Source of the DNA: Oceanispirochaeta sp.
GTDB taxonomy: Bacteria > Spirochaetota > Spirochaetia > DSM-2461
NCBI GenBank assembly: GCA_963663385.2
Contig: CAXXXD010000001.1
Coordinates: 256,001 to 320,000 of the forward strand
Direction: 5' to 3'
DNA: 64,000 bases
The notes beneath the pieces were generated by a model that worked only from the letters and a program-made list of their open reading frames with translations, ran no database searches and had not been told where the DNA came from. A program made the position numbers and the translations under genes. Positions 1-9,982 of the stretch are shown piece by piece; within the stretch, counting starts at the first letter, position 1; the number at the start of each line of letters is the position of its first letter.

Positions 1-435
1 TATCTGATAAAGCTCTGAATCATTATCCCGCAGTTTATTGATATGATCTGTTACAGGTTGGTAGGCACTAGCCCACAGAGAGGAATCCATGGAATTCATC
101 TGATGAAAGAGTTCTTCTCCAAGAGACTCCTGCAATTGGTCCAGGTTCTCTCTGCAGATAGTTTTCCTGCCCTTCAGATCCATTTCGGTCTCTTTGACAG
201 CCTGGAGATCACTTAAACACTGTTCAATCTCTTCCAACTGTTCTTCCAGGCGGGGAATGGCGGCTGAGTGAGCTTCTGCGGTGGAACGCTGCTCTTCCAG
301 CAGACCGGATTCCTGTACTTCCGGTGATTGACCAAGTAAAAATTCTCCCAGAGAGTGAAAAACCATATCCCTTTCACTAAGGTTAAAACGGACCTTTTCT
401 CTCAGTTCATCAATTTTCTGTTCAATATCCGACAT
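1..435 (-). CDS. Hypothetical coiled-coil protein, truncated by the window edge
   Basis: Translated by hand from ATG at 435 (MSDIEQKIDELREKVRFNLSERD...). The frame is open to position 1, is E/Q/L-rich and has a purine-rich SD upstream. Confidence 0.75.
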   Translation of the reverse strand, partial: MSDIEQKIDELREKVRFNLSERDMVFHSLGEFLLGQSPEVQESGLLEEQRSTAEAHSAAIPRLEEQLEEIEQCLSDLQAVKETEMDLKGRKTICRENLDQLQESLGEELFHQMNSMDSSLWASAYQPVTDHINKLRDNDSELYQI

Positions 436-482
436 AACGCCCCCCATTAAATGCTCCTACTCCTAAGATAGGTATATTTCTG

Positions 483-1700
483 TTAATTATCAAGAATAGT
501 AATCTCCACTCGCCTATTTATTTTCCGGCCTTCCTCGGTATTATTGTCAGCAATGGGCTCCCTGGATCCCTTTCCCTGAATAATCATCTCAGAAGAACCT
601 TTTACTCCCGATTCCAGAAAGAACGCAGCCACAGCAGAAGCCCTTTTTTCCGAAAGCAGCTGTCCCGTGCTATATGATCCTGCAAATGCTGTATGCCCGG
701 TAATAAGAAGATCATGCTCGGGGAATTCCCTTATAATCCGCGCCAGTTCACCCAGTTTCTCCGCTTCTCCGGGAAGAAGATCTGCCGTATCGGGGTAGAA
801 GTGAATATCTTCAAGAGTAAGGACGACTCCCTCATCACTGACAGATACGCCGACATCCTCGATTTTTCCGTCTTCAAGAACCTCTTCAATCATCTCTCTG
901 ACTGTTTCTTTCTCCCATTGATCCGCTTCAATAACACGGCCTACTGCCTTGCCCTTGAAAACATAGCGGTTACCGGAATCCATCATATAGGTAATACAGA
1001 ACACCTCATCAACAGCAGCAGGGATACCAGCGGCCCTGTCCCAGTAATAAATCTGTTTGAGATCTCCCGAAACTCCCGCCGGCAGATCAAGTCCACTTCC
1101 CGGCAATGAACCGGGAGGAAGAGAAAGCAGATCCAGTTCATGGAAGAAGTGATAACTGATATTAATAACATCCACAGGTCTGCCCCGGTACATATCTGTT
1201 CCTTCATAGGTATAAAAAACACGGAAGGGAATATGCAGGCGGTAATCGATGTGGAAAAAAGGGTTTAAATCATGCACTTCCTCAGCCATAGCGGACCAGG
1301 ACTCACCAGCAACAAGAGACTTATCGGGAAAAAAAGGGATATCCCTTACAGAGGGCAGATACTGATCCTCTGTGATATCTCCATAAAGACCGTTACAGGC
1401 CCTGTAAAACTGTACCGACTCCTCTGTTGAGAAAATATACAGGCCAGAATTCACGGATTGCTCTGAAATCCCGTAATTCACATTGAGAGTAGCGCCGCGT
1501 TCATCGGATTCTCCTATCAGAATACCGATTCTGTTCAGGATTTTCGATTCACCCAGAAGTTCATCATTGAAAAATACACCTTCATGAACTTCCGATACAA
1601 TTCTGTATTCACTTCCCTCCTCCTGAATGAAGCGGAATTCCTGGCAGAACAGCATGGATGATAGAAGCGCCAAAGCAAAACCGATGATTATTTTTTTCAA
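483..1700 (-). CDS. OmpA family protein (C-terminal peptidoglycan-binding domain)
   Basis: Signal peptide; C-terminal motifs ITGHTA, LSEKRASAV, GKGSREP and NRRVEI. Confidence 0.9.
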   Translation of the reverse strand: MKKIIIGFALALLSSMLFCQEFRFIQEEGSEYRIVSEVHEGVFFNDELLGESKILNRIGILIGESDERGATLNVNYGISEQSVNSGLYIFSTEESVQFYRACNGLYGDITEDQYLPSVRDIPFFPDKSLVAGESWSAMAEEVHDLNPFFHIDYRLHIPFRVFYTYEGTDMYRGRPVDVINISYHFFHELDLLSLPPGSLPGSGLDLPAGVSGDLKQIYYWDRAAGIPAAVDEVFCITYMMDSGNRYVFKGKAVGRVIEADQWEKETVREMIEEVLEDGKIEDVGVSVSDEGVVLTLEDIHFYPDTADLLPGEAEKLGELARIIREFPEHDLLITGHTAFAGSYSTGQLLSEKRASAVAAFFLESGVKGSSEMIIQGKGSREPIADNNTEEGRKINRRVEITILDN

Positions 1701-2070
1701 TGCTCGTCTCCTTCCTTAAATCGGCAGGGTTTTAATTGACAAAAAAACTTGCACCATTATATTGTAAAGGTATTATCGAAGAATTCGGGAAAAATCAACA
1801 GATTTTTCCTCTGGAGAAAGCAGTTTATCCAACCGGGAAGTTTAATCGGCAGATTCCTTCTTAAACCAACAGACTAAGAGGAACCCGGCATTAAATCAAG
1901 ACGGCGATATTTCTTTCCCGGAAGAACAAAGAGGGGTACGCCGGATCCCCTCCTGAACTGGTTATAGATTCCGAATCTGATAATTATCAGCTCCCTTCCT
2001 ATCATCCCCTTCAGGGGATTTCTCAGTTTTTTGGAAAGGAGCAATTCATTTTTTACAGGAGACATCAGTC

Positions 2071-2526
2071 ATGGGCAAACCAGACAACATCAGACCGGAA
2101 GATCTCCTCCCCCTGATAGAGAATATCGTGAAACGGGTGAGGGAAGATGAAGATCCTGATATACTCAATGCTTATAAAAAAGCTTTTAAAAAGACAGTCC
2201 CTTTTTCAATGAGATCCTGGGTAGTCGCCTACATGTTCAAAGAACTGACCGCCAAAAAGACAGTACGCTCTATCCCTGACGGAGTATCATTATTCGTCAG
2301 CATCGGTCGGAACCGGAAAGTCTATCCGAAAGACCTGATTCACCTTTTCGTTAATACGGGAAAAGTAGAAAGGGACAGTATCGGAGACATCAAGATTCTG
2401 GATAATTACTCATTTATCTCAATTAGCAGAAAAGCATCGGAAGCGGCAATTGACAACCTGGACGGTATTGATTACCGGGGAAGGAAATTGACTGTCAACT
2501 TTGCCAAAAAAAAATCATCCGAGTAA
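2071..2526 (+). CDS. Stand-alone DbpA/DeaD-type RNA-binding domain protein
   Basis: LFVSIGR...IGDIKILDNYSFI...GRKLTVNFA matches the DbpA RNA-binding domain; no helicase core; SD AGGAG. Confidence 0.85.
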   Translation: MGKPDNIRPEDLLPLIENIVKRVREDEDPDILNAYKKAFKKTVPFSMRSWVVAYMFKELTAKKTVRSIPDGVSLFVSIGRNRKVYPKDLIHLFVNTGKVERDSIGDIKILDNYSFISISRKASEAAIDNLDGIDYRGRKLTVNFAKKKSSE

Positions 2527-2576
2527 TCCGGAATATCCATAAGCCAGTCCGGCGCTGGCTTCCAGCAACCATTGAA

Positions 2577-3656
2577 TCAGAATAACCACTTATATATGAC
2601 CCAAACCAGGTAGTAGTTGATAGCCAGACCGAGAAGAATTCCCATTCCGGAAAAAGCTTCATAAAGAAAAGCTTTGCGCTGACAGTATTTTGACAGTATT
2701 TCAGGCGTTTCGGGAAAGCATATCACCTGATCCGAATTACCCCAGGGCAGACAGATTTTCCTGTTAGAAAAGCGCCCCGTCTTGTTCCATCCGCTGGGTT
2801 GACGGGAACAAAGGATTTTATCCCTGCGGTCTACAGGAGCAAAATCCCCCGAATCCGGGTTCTTTAAAAGTTTAATAAGGTCCCTTTCTGCCCTGAATCT
2901 TCTGGCAGAATCCCAGAACCGTTTATACAGAGCAAACAGTAAGACTCCGGGAGGAAGGAAAAGCATCGCCGGCAGCAGGGCTACTGAAATACTGAGAAAC
3001 TGCAGAAAATAGTCTGCACTATTCTGCAACAGGTAGGCTGAAAGTATTAACAGCAGGAGTAATCCGGCCAGCAGCGACCAGGGTGTCAGGAAATTCCAGA
3101 ATTCATTACTCTGCCGCCCGCACCATATTGCCCTGGAAACAAGGTGCGCAGGATCTTCGTTATAGACAAGAACCATCAGCGGAGTATCTCCTCCCGTACG
3201 AAAAGTATTACGACCGTTTTCGAAGAACATCTCTCCGCTTATATACATTTTTGTCCCTTCAGGCAGTGTAAGAACATCATCCCAGGAGACCTTCTCAAGT
3301 GACGTAGCAGGCAGGGGGACAGGTAACAGATGGGGGTATAGTTTTTCTTTGCTGGTAATGGGCGGCATGAAATATACGGAACTGTTACGCATCTCTACAG
3401 TAAAAGTGTGATTATTACAGCTCCTTACCCATATGATATCGTTTCCTTCCAGGGCTTCCAGTTCTCCAAGAATGCAGTGTGCTCCCTGGAAGCCCTCATT
3501 TCCCGGGTAGGTTTTAAAACGACGGGGATAAAATATGGACTTGTGAAGCTCCTTGCGAAAAACCCGCCATTGAGACCGCACCATAAATGCTCCCAGAATG
3601 GGGATCCCACCGTAGAAGAAAGCAGAAATAATAAATATGAGTAATAAAAAAAACAT
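2577..3656 (-). CDS. Hypothetical membrane protein
   Basis: 359-aa ORF with about 4 hydrophobic segments. Confidence 0.75.
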   Translation of the reverse strand: MFFLLLIFIISAFFYGGIPILGAFMVRSQWRVFRKELHKSIFYPRRFKTYPGNEGFQGAHCILGELEALEGNDIIWVRSCNNHTFTVEMRNSSVYFMPPITSKEKLYPHLLPVPLPATSLEKVSWDDVLTLPEGTKMYISGEMFFENGRNTFRTGGDTPLMVLVYNEDPAHLVSRAIWCGRQSNEFWNFLTPWSLLAGLLLLLILSAYLLQNSADYFLQFLSISVALLPAMLFLPPGVLLFALYKRFWDSARRFRAERDLIKLLKNPDSGDFAPVDRRDKILCSRQPSGWNKTGRFSNRKICLPWGNSDQVICFPETPEILSKYCQRKAFLYEAFSGMGILLGLAINYYLVWVIYKWLF

Positions 3657-3659
3657 GGA

Positions 3660-4046
3660 TCAGGCAGTCAGATTAACCAGAGAACCGCTTGAGTAACCCA
3701 GAGGAGTGACATAGGGAACAGAAGGAGTTGAAACTGCATTATGCAGCTTATTGGCATACTGGTTGATCATGGCATCCAGGGCTTTATCAGAAAGACCATT
3801 TAACTTCGGTTTAACAGTATTGCTGTCTTTCTGGCTGACCAGACTATCTATAAGATTATTTAAAACTCTGAGGCGGTTAACCGGAACAGCTCGACCCTTG
3901 GAGGAGGTCGGAACACCCTGAACATATTTGAACTGGGCATAGGGACTCTGGGCTCGGCTGACCGGAACGCTGATCCTTCCGGAAGAATTTCTGGCGCTCA
4001 TTAACTGTGCTACATTGAACTGACCTGAAGCAGCCCGCAATTCCAT
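3660..4046 (-). CDS. Hypothetical protein
   Basis: ORF with ATG at 4046 preceded by an AGGGGG SD; 3 bp from the next gene. Confidence 0.7.
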   Translation of the reverse strand: MELRAASGQFNVAQLMSARNSSGRISVPVSRAQSPYAQFKYVQGVPTSSKGRAVPVNRLRVLNNLIDSLVSQKDSNTVKPKLNGLSDKALDAMINQYANKLHNAVSTPSVPYVTPLGYSSGSLVNLTA

Positions 4047-4069
4047 TCGGCATCCCCCTGATATCACTA

Positions 4070-4096
4070 TTATCGGAAGAAGACGGAGGGATATTA
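4070..4096 (-). promoter_or_regulatory. Sigma-28 (FliA)-like promoter
   Basis: TAAT-N16-CCGATAA on the minus strand, versus the consensus TAAA-N16-CCGATA. Confidence 0.55.
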
Positions 4097-4118
4097 CATT
4101 AAAATAACTGGAATATAG

Positions 4119-4146
4119 AAAAAAAGCCGGAATGGTCTCCGGCTTT
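4119..4146 (-). terminator. Rho-independent terminator of dksA
   Basis: Stem AAAGCCGGA/TCCGGCTTT with a U-tract on the minus strand. Confidence 0.8.
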
Positions 4147-4195
4147 GATTTTATGCAACCCGCATGTGGACTGCTATTATTAAATTTTTAATATA

Positions 4196-4549
4196 CTATT
4201 TTTTCTTTTCGCTGGCGATTTTACAATCGATGCACATAACCGCATAGGGGATTGCTTCCAGTCTATCCCGAGAGATCTTTTTGGAACAGGAAGCACAAAT
4301 ACCGTATTTCCCGTTCTCCAGCCGGATAAGTGCTGCTTCGACCTTACTCAAGCGCTTTCGATCCTGAGTACTGACTGCTTCAAGTGTTCTGACATCAATA
4401 TCATTTGAAGCAATATCGGCCAGATCTTTAACACCAAGATCCTCTACCGCTGCTTTAAAATCCTCATTCTCCGAGATAAGATTTTTTAGAACAGACTCCT
4501 TCATTTCAAGAAGGGTTTTCTTCATTCTCTCTTCAAATTCTTTATCCAT
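4196..4549 (-). CDS. dksA: DksA/TraR C4 zinc-finger transcription factor
   Basis: DLADIA (DxxDxA) coiled-coil tip; CASC...CIDC zinc finger; RLEAIP motif. Confidence 0.85.
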   Translation of the reverse strand: MDKEFEERMKKTLLEMKESVLKNLISENEDFKAAVEDLGVKDLADIASNDIDVRTLEAVSTQDRKRLSKVEAALIRLENGKYGICASCSKKISRDRLEAIPYAVMCIDCKIASEKKK

Positions 4550-4683
4550 AGTTTTAGACCTTTTTCCATAAGGATATCAATATCCGAAATAATCTGTATT
4601 ATTTAGAGAAAAAAGTCAAGGAGTTGACAAATACATTCTGATTCCCTAATATGCTAATCACTAATTATAACAGGAGTTACTTG

Positions 4684-4902
4684 TTGGCTAAAGAAGAAGC
4701 AATTGAGGTTGAAGGGGTTGTTAAAGAATCTCTGCCTAATACAATGTTCCGCGTAGAAGTAGCAAACGGACATGTCATACTGGCTCACCTGTCAGGTAAA
4801 ATGAGAAAACACTATATCAGGATTGTTCCCGGGGACAAGGTTAAAGTAGCCCTTTCTCCCTACGACTTGAGCAGAGGAAGAATTATCTACCGGGAAAGGT
4901 AA
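4684..4902 (+). CDS. infA: Translation initiation factor IF-1
   Basis: [10 protein letters not shown]...LPNTMFRV...HLSGKMR...[23 protein letters not shown] start after AGGAG. Confidence 0.97.
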   Translation: MAKEEAIEVEGVVKESLPNTMFRVEVANGHVILAHLSGKMRKHYIRIVPGDKVKVALSPYDLSRGRIIYRER

Positions 4903-5391
4903 TCACCGGAGCACGATCCAGGTTGCTCCGCTGCCGCCAGATTGGCCGGATGCCCGGCCAAATGCCCTGACCAGAGAGGACTTTTCAAGATAATCCTTAA
5001 CCAGTGGTCGTAAAACTGATTCGCCCCCAGGTGAATGGATCCCCTTACCATGCACTATCAGTACCTTTTTCAATCCTCTTCGTTTACTTTTTTTAAGAAA
5101 AAAGTCCAGTTCTTTCAAAGCTTCGGAACCGCTCCAGCCGTGCAGATCCAGGGTATCCTGGGGTTCCATCCGGTTAATCTGCTTTTTTCTGGTATGAATA
5201 ATTAGTCTATCGGGCTTTTCTTTTCTTTCTCCCATTTGTCTGTCGGGAGGATACTGCTCCAGAAGGGTGTTCATTGAAAAAGACCCTAAATCTTCACTGT
5301 TTTTTTTCACGGAAGACCGGGCATCTTTCTTCCTGGATGTACGTTTTTTATTCTGTTCTTCCCATTCAGACAGGATATCTCTAAAACTCAA
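4903..5391 (-). CDS. Smr/MutS2 C-terminal domain protein
   Basis: LDLHG, IVHGKG and GGSGATW motifs. Confidence 0.92.
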   Translation of the reverse strand: MSFRDILSEWEEQNKKRTSRKKDARSSVKKNSEDLGSFSMNTLLEQYPPDRQMGERKEKPDRLIIHTRKKQINRMEPQDTLDLHGWSGSEALKELDFFLKKSKRRGLKKVLIVHGKGIHSPGGESVLRPLVKDYLEKSSLVRAFGRASGQSGGSGATWIVLR

Positions 5392-7453
5392 GAGTCCTTT
5401 TCTCCTTAATAAAGATCAACTGTTCCTTGAGGACCCAGCCTTCCAGACCATACGCCGTATTCACCAGGATATAGTCTCCCTCTTCTTTCTTAAATGAAAC
5501 AGAAGTCCCCTCTGGAAGGGTCAGCCACTTGCTGCCGATCTCTTCGGGGATTTTTTTTACCATTCCTTCTTCTTTCAGAACAGCCAGAGGTCTGCTCAGA
5601 TAGAAGGACATCCGTCCCAGCTCAATTCCTGCAAAAAGGGAGAGGCTTATAAAAATCAGAAAGAGAGTCACCGGAACAGAAGACTTCCTTAAAAAACAGT
5701 AGGCTAAGGCGATCATTCCTCCATTAAATCCGAGGATAAGGATCAATAACAGCAAGTCCGGATGCACAAACATACTGATCCGGTGCTGATTATCAAGTTT
5801 CATCAGATCCTCCATTTTCTGGAGGGATTCATGGATCTGTCTGTTCATAGGCATCAGAATCATGGCATTTCTCAAATCGACAATGCCTTCAGCATGATCC
5901 CCGGAGAGAAATGAGAGGATCCCCCTGTTATACAGATAGCTGCCATTGTTCTCCCATCCAGCACTATTCGCCGTATAGGAATTCAGAGCTTCCCTATACT
6001 TTCCTTCGTGAAAAAGAGAATCGGCCCCACTTATCCAGGCGGGAGTATTCAGTGATGCGGCAGAAGCGGAGAGAAACAGACCGGCAAGGAGAAATACCGA
6101 CAGAAGAGAAGGCTTTAGCCGCCGGAAAGTTAATATGAGAATGAGAAAGAGCAAACCGGGAAGAAGAAACAGGTAAAGAAGAGGAGTGCGATAAAAGGTC
6201 CACCCCCGGGCCTGCCGGCTGTTATCCAGGTCCATCAGAAGAAAGCGGAATCCGGATTCCCCTCCCTCTGCGGCGAGATCACCGGCGACAGTAAAATCAA
6301 GGAGGGATTCAGGGCGGGTCTCTATACGCCCTGTTTTCTGATTCAGCCAGGAGTAGGATGGGATCCGAATCTCGTATTTTCCCAGGAGATCAGGCCGTAT
6401 GGTATAAACCTTTTCCAGAAATCCGGTAAACCCGTTCGGACCAGCATGAATCACCTGATTCTCCTTAATGGAAACAGAAAGCTCATCAGGGAAAACAGGC
6501 TCAGGCATATTCAGATAGTTCAGATTCCCGGTTCCCTCCAGCATAATATGCAGAGTAAGGCTGCTTCCGGGAACAACCCTGGACTCCGATAGCTCCACCG
6601 ATAAAGAGAAGGTTCCCACTGCTCCGGATCCTTCGGCCTCTTCCGGCAGAGCCTTTACCGGGATTTTTACCCTTTCCGTAGACCTTTCCACACCGGACAG
6701 ACGAACAGACGCAGAAGGTAGCGAGAGGACCCCGGGTTCCGATGGAGTCAGCATCCAGGTATCCATAGGTACGTTGAAAAGGGTTCTGTCGTTCAAACCA
6801 CGAAACCCGATATCACCCAGACCCTCCACATTCTCAAGGATGGCACCTCCGGGTGAAGAGAAAGAGACAGACTCAGGAAGATCAATCTCTTCCAGATTTT
6901 TCATAATCAGAACCATGGGAACCGATTGCCCCACATAGAGGCTTTCAGGAAGGCTCTCCCACTCCAGAATAAGGGGAAACCTCAAATGTCGTTCATCATT
7001 TTGGAGGACAGGAATAAATACCTCGTGAGTAGACAGGGGAGAAGGCAAGTCCCCCGGAAGAACTGCTGTAGGACGAGGACTGACTGTAACGGGAGGAATA
7101 CGGAAAATCCCGGCGGATTGACTTCTGAGTGTATAAATTACCTGAAGGACCGTTCCAAATGATCCATCCTCTTTCTGGATAGTCAGCTGTGCCGAATAAG
7201 GGCCGCTGACCTTCTGTATGCCTTCCGGCCACGAAGGATCCTGGATGGTTACCGGACGTTTCCCCGCATAGGGTGTAATAATCTTCAGAGTGAATCTCTG
7301 ATTTTCCAGAATAGCATCCTTCCATTCTGTTTTTAAATAATGCTCCTGCTCCTGAGAGAAAACAGAATGACCCGGTAGAAACAGCAACAGGACAAGCAGA
7401 AAGGAAACTACCAGTCGTTTTCTGAATCCGAACCACTTTCTTTCGACTTCCAC
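5381..7453 (-). CDS. batD: BatD-family protein fused to a BatE-like TPR/SH3 region
   Basis: BatD repeats (YVGQ, AVGTF, GTGNL), then TM, TPR (YLYNRG) and an SH3-like end (GLEGWV); located in the bat operon. Confidence 0.75.
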   Translation of the reverse strand: MEVERKWFGFRKRLVVSFLLVLLLFLPGHSVFSQEQEHYLKTEWKDAILENQRFTLKIITPYAGKRPVTIQDPSWPEGIQKVSGPYSAQLTIQKEDGSFGTVLQVIYTLRSQSAGIFRIPPVTVSPRPTAVLPGDLPSPLSTHEVFIPVLQNDERHLRFPLILEWESLPESLYVGQSVPMVLIMKNLEEIDLPESVSFSSPGGAILENVEGLGDIGFRGLNDRTLFNVPMDTWMLTPSEPGVLSLPSASVRLSGVERSTERVKIPVKALPEEAEGSGAVGTFSLSVELSESRVVPGSSLTLHIMLEGTGNLNYLNMPEPVFPDELSVSIKENQVIHAGPNGFTGFLEKVYTIRPDLLGKYEIRIPSYSWLNQKTGRIETRPESLLDFTVAGDLAAEGGESGFRFLLMDLDNSRQARGWTFYRTPLLYLFLLPGLLFLILILTFRRLKPSLLSVFLLAGLFLSASAASLNTPAWISGADSLFHEGKYREALNSYTANSAGWENNGSYLYNRGILSFLSGDHAEGIVDLRNAMILMPMNRQIHESLQKMEDLMKLDNQHRISMFVHPDLLLLILILGFNGGMIALAYCFLRKSSVPVTLFLIFISLSLFAGIELGRMSFYLSRPLAVLKEEGMVKKIPEEIGSKWLTLPEGTSVSFKKEEGDYILVNTAYGLEGWVLKEQLIFIKEKRTLEF

Positions 7454-8013
7454 AGGCTTCCCTCCTTTCTTTTTATATACTGCAGAATTCTCCTGGCATC
7501 CTCTGACGTTTCAGGAACAGGATTTTCAGTCCGGAATTCTCCTGATCGGGCGTCCGCCTCCAACCGGTCGATGGTCAGTTCAAGGTTCTTTTTCGCATCC
7601 AGACTGCCTGTATCCAGTTCGAGGGCTGTTCTGAATGCCCTGTATGCTTCCGGATAATTACCCAGCTGGTAATGGATCACACCAGTATTGAAGACCGTAT
7701 TGAAGACCGTATTGAAACTTACCTCCGAATCCCGGTCACTATCGATTTCCGCCCAGATCTGCAGCGCCGCATGACCCTCTCCCAGGGCATAGTAGACGTT
7801 CCCCACATTGTATGAGATCCTGCCGCGGTATTTTCCTGTGTCCTCACCTTTCAGATAGAACAGCAGAGCATCCTGGTAACGCCCCTGCTGATAAAAGTAA
7901 TTTCCCCGTAAAACGGAAAACCCCGGTTCCAGCACAGTACAGGATCCCAGCAGGAAAAACAGGATTCCCGACAGGGAAACAGATAAAAATCGTTTTAAAA
8001 CCATTTGGACCAC
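7408..8013 (-). CDS. BatC-like TPR protein
   Basis: TPR repeats (GNYFYQQGRY, YNVGNVYY, AKKNLEL); operon position. Confidence 0.8.
   Translation of the reverse strand: MVQMVLKRFLSVSLSGILFFLLGSCTVLEPGFSVLRGNYFYQQGRYQDALLFYLKGEDTGKYRGRISYNVGNVYYALGEGHAALQIWAEIDSDRDSEVSFNTVFNTVFNTGVIHYQLGNYPEAYRAFRTALELDTGSLDAKKNLELTIDRLEADARSGEFRTENPVPETSEDARRILQYIKRKEGSLWKSKESGSDSENDW
7685..7716. repeat. 12-bp in-frame tandem repeat (2.7 copies)
   Basis: GTATTGAAGACC x2 plus GTATTGAA; encodes FNTVFNTVFNT. Confidence 0.9.
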
Positions 8014-8984
8014 CTGATGCCGCCAAGAAAAAGATTCACAGCCAGAGAGAGCAGAGCCAGAATAATAAAAATTCTGAACTGATACTGATCCAGATATTTA
8101 ATTCCCTCGGCCCCCTGACCTTCTGTTAATTCATGCAGAGACGTAGTAATCTCTCCCAGCGAGCGGGGATCGGACAGATTATAGTAGGCCCCATCCGAGA
8201 GATCGGCCAAATTCCTGAGGATCTCTTCATTCAGACGGGAAACAACCGGCTGCCCTCCTGAGTCTTTAATAACATCGCCGTTTTCATCCCGTAGAATAAT
8301 CCCCTCTGTCGAGCCGGCTCCCAGAATAAAAAGGGGAATCTCTCTCAAATAGGCTTCACGGGCGGCATCTCCCGGATCCCCCTGAAGGGATTCTCCATCT
8401 GTTACAAGTAGAATAGCCTGTTTCCCCGGAGAACCTGCCGGAAAAGCCTCTATGGCTGAACGAAGCCCCAATTCGATATCTGACCCGGGAACGGTATAGA
8501 GATCGGGGGAGAGACTTATCAATCCCGTCTCCAACTGGATATGGTCCTCTGTCAAAGGGACCAGGATCTCACCCTTGCCCTTAAAAATTACAATCCCGGC
8601 TCTTATACCTTCAAAAGAATTCAGAATTGAAGCGAGGCTCTCCGCCGAACGGCTCAACCGGGAGGGCTTGATATCATCAGCCAGCATACTCCGGGAAACA
8701 TCGGCTGCAATAATCAGATCAAAACCGGAACTTTCATCCTTTGCGGTTATTTTTCCCCAACTCATACCAGCCAGAGCCAATATTGTAAAAATCAGGAACA
8801 GGTAGATAGTAACCCAATAGATCAGGGTCTTGATAAAGTAGATCTGCCGGCTCTCACTGCTCCGCCAGGAACCTGCCAGAACGCCCAGGGATTTCGTTCC
8901 TTTCCGATAATTCAGAACGGCAGGGATAAGCATTACAAAAAGAATAAGGAAAAGCCAGAATGTTTCAGGATACAGTATTTTCAC
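7995..8984 (-). CDS. batB: BatB VWA domain protein
   Basis: MIDAS DVSRSM, LVTDGE, N- and C-terminal TM segments. Confidence 0.82.
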   Translation of the reverse strand: MKILYPETFWLFLILFVMLIPAVLNYRKGTKSLGVLAGSWRSSESRQIYFIKTLIYWVTIYLFLIFTILALAGMSWGKITAKDESSGFDLIIAADVSRSMLADDIKPSRLSRSAESLASILNSFEGIRAGIVIFKGKGEILVPLTEDHIQLETGLISLSPDLYTVPGSDIELGLRSAIEAFPAGSPGKQAILLVTDGESLQGDPGDAAREAYLREIPLFILGAGSTEGIILRDENGDVIKDSGGQPVVSRLNEEILRNLADLSDGAYYNLSDPRSLGEITTSLHELTEGQGAEGIKYLDQYQFRIFIILALLSLAVNLFLGGIRWSKWF

Positions 8985-9982
8985 AGAACCTCCCGAAAAA
9001 GGATCTTTCTGATGAAAAAATCAAACAGGATAAACAGCAGCCCAAGAGATATAAACCATCTATAAACAGGAATATTGCGTACATGGATTCTGACCCGTTC
9101 TTCCATTGTTTCCAGAGAATCAATGGAGCGGAACACGGCTTCAAGGGAACCGGGAGTAAAGGCCCGGTAGAAACTGCCCCCCCCTGTCTCAGAAAGCTTT
9201 ACCAGAAAAGATTCATTAAATTTACTCCGCTGGATACCGGAGATCAGTTTTCCCGTTTCCGGATGAATAAATTCAAAGGGAATCTCCCCCTCCGAACCTA
9301 TCCCGATAACATAAATTCGAATTCCCATCTGAGCCGCCATGGAAGCCGCGGCCATGGGCTGGATCTCACCGGCATTATTATCACCGTCAGTCAAAAGAAC
9401 GATAACTTTTTCTGATGCGGAACTGTCCGATAAATGGAGAGCTGCCACGGAGAGTCCCATCCCGATGGCGGTTCCCTCTCCCAGTTCAAGAATCTTCATA
9501 TCCTCAAGACGGGTCAGAAAGGTATCGTAGTCTGTTGTCGGCGGCACCCTGAGAACAGCTTCATCACCGAACCCTACAAGCCCGACCCCGTCATTCTTCC
9601 TCCCCATAACAAATTTACGGATCATGCTTTTTGCAGCATCCAAACGGTTATGGGGGGGGAAATCACTGGCAGCCATACTGGGAGACTGATCCAGTACAAT
9701 CATGATATCTACCCCGCGATTAAGGTATACTTTTTCATGAAGGCTGATATTGGGACCTGCCAGAGATCCCACGAGCAGACAGACTCCTCCCCAGAAGAAC
9801 AGGGAGGAAAGGAAAAGCAGGCTTTTTACGGTCTTCTGTGGTGCCGTGAATATCCCTTTTCTCCAGATGGCAATCGATGTACGCAGAGAACGGCCTGAAA
9901 CCAGGTTAATATGCCGAAAATAGATAAAGGGAGGAATGAGGATAAAAAGGAGGAAATATCCCGGAGCATCAAAGGTCAGCAT
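8981..9982 (-). CDS. batA: BatA VWA domain protein
   Basis: MIDAS DQSPSM, GTAIG and LLTDGDNNAG; N-terminal Bat TM segment. Confidence 0.85.
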   Translation of the reverse strand: MLTFDAPGYFLLFILIPPFIYFRHINLVSGRSLRTSIAIWRKGIFTAPQKTVKSLLFLSSLFFWGGVCLLVGSLAGPNISLHEKVYLNRGVDIMIVLDQSPSMAASDFPPHNRLDAAKSMIRKFVMGRKNDGVGLVGFGDEAVLRVPPTTDYDTFLTRLEDMKILELGEGTAIGMGLSVAALHLSDSSASEKVIVLLTDGDNNAGEIQPMAAASMAAQMGIRIYVIGIGSEGEIPFEFIHPETGKLISGIQRSKFNESFLVKLSETGGGSFYRAFTPGSLEAVFRSIDSLETMEERVRIHVRNIPVYRWFISLGLLFILFDFFIRKILFREVL

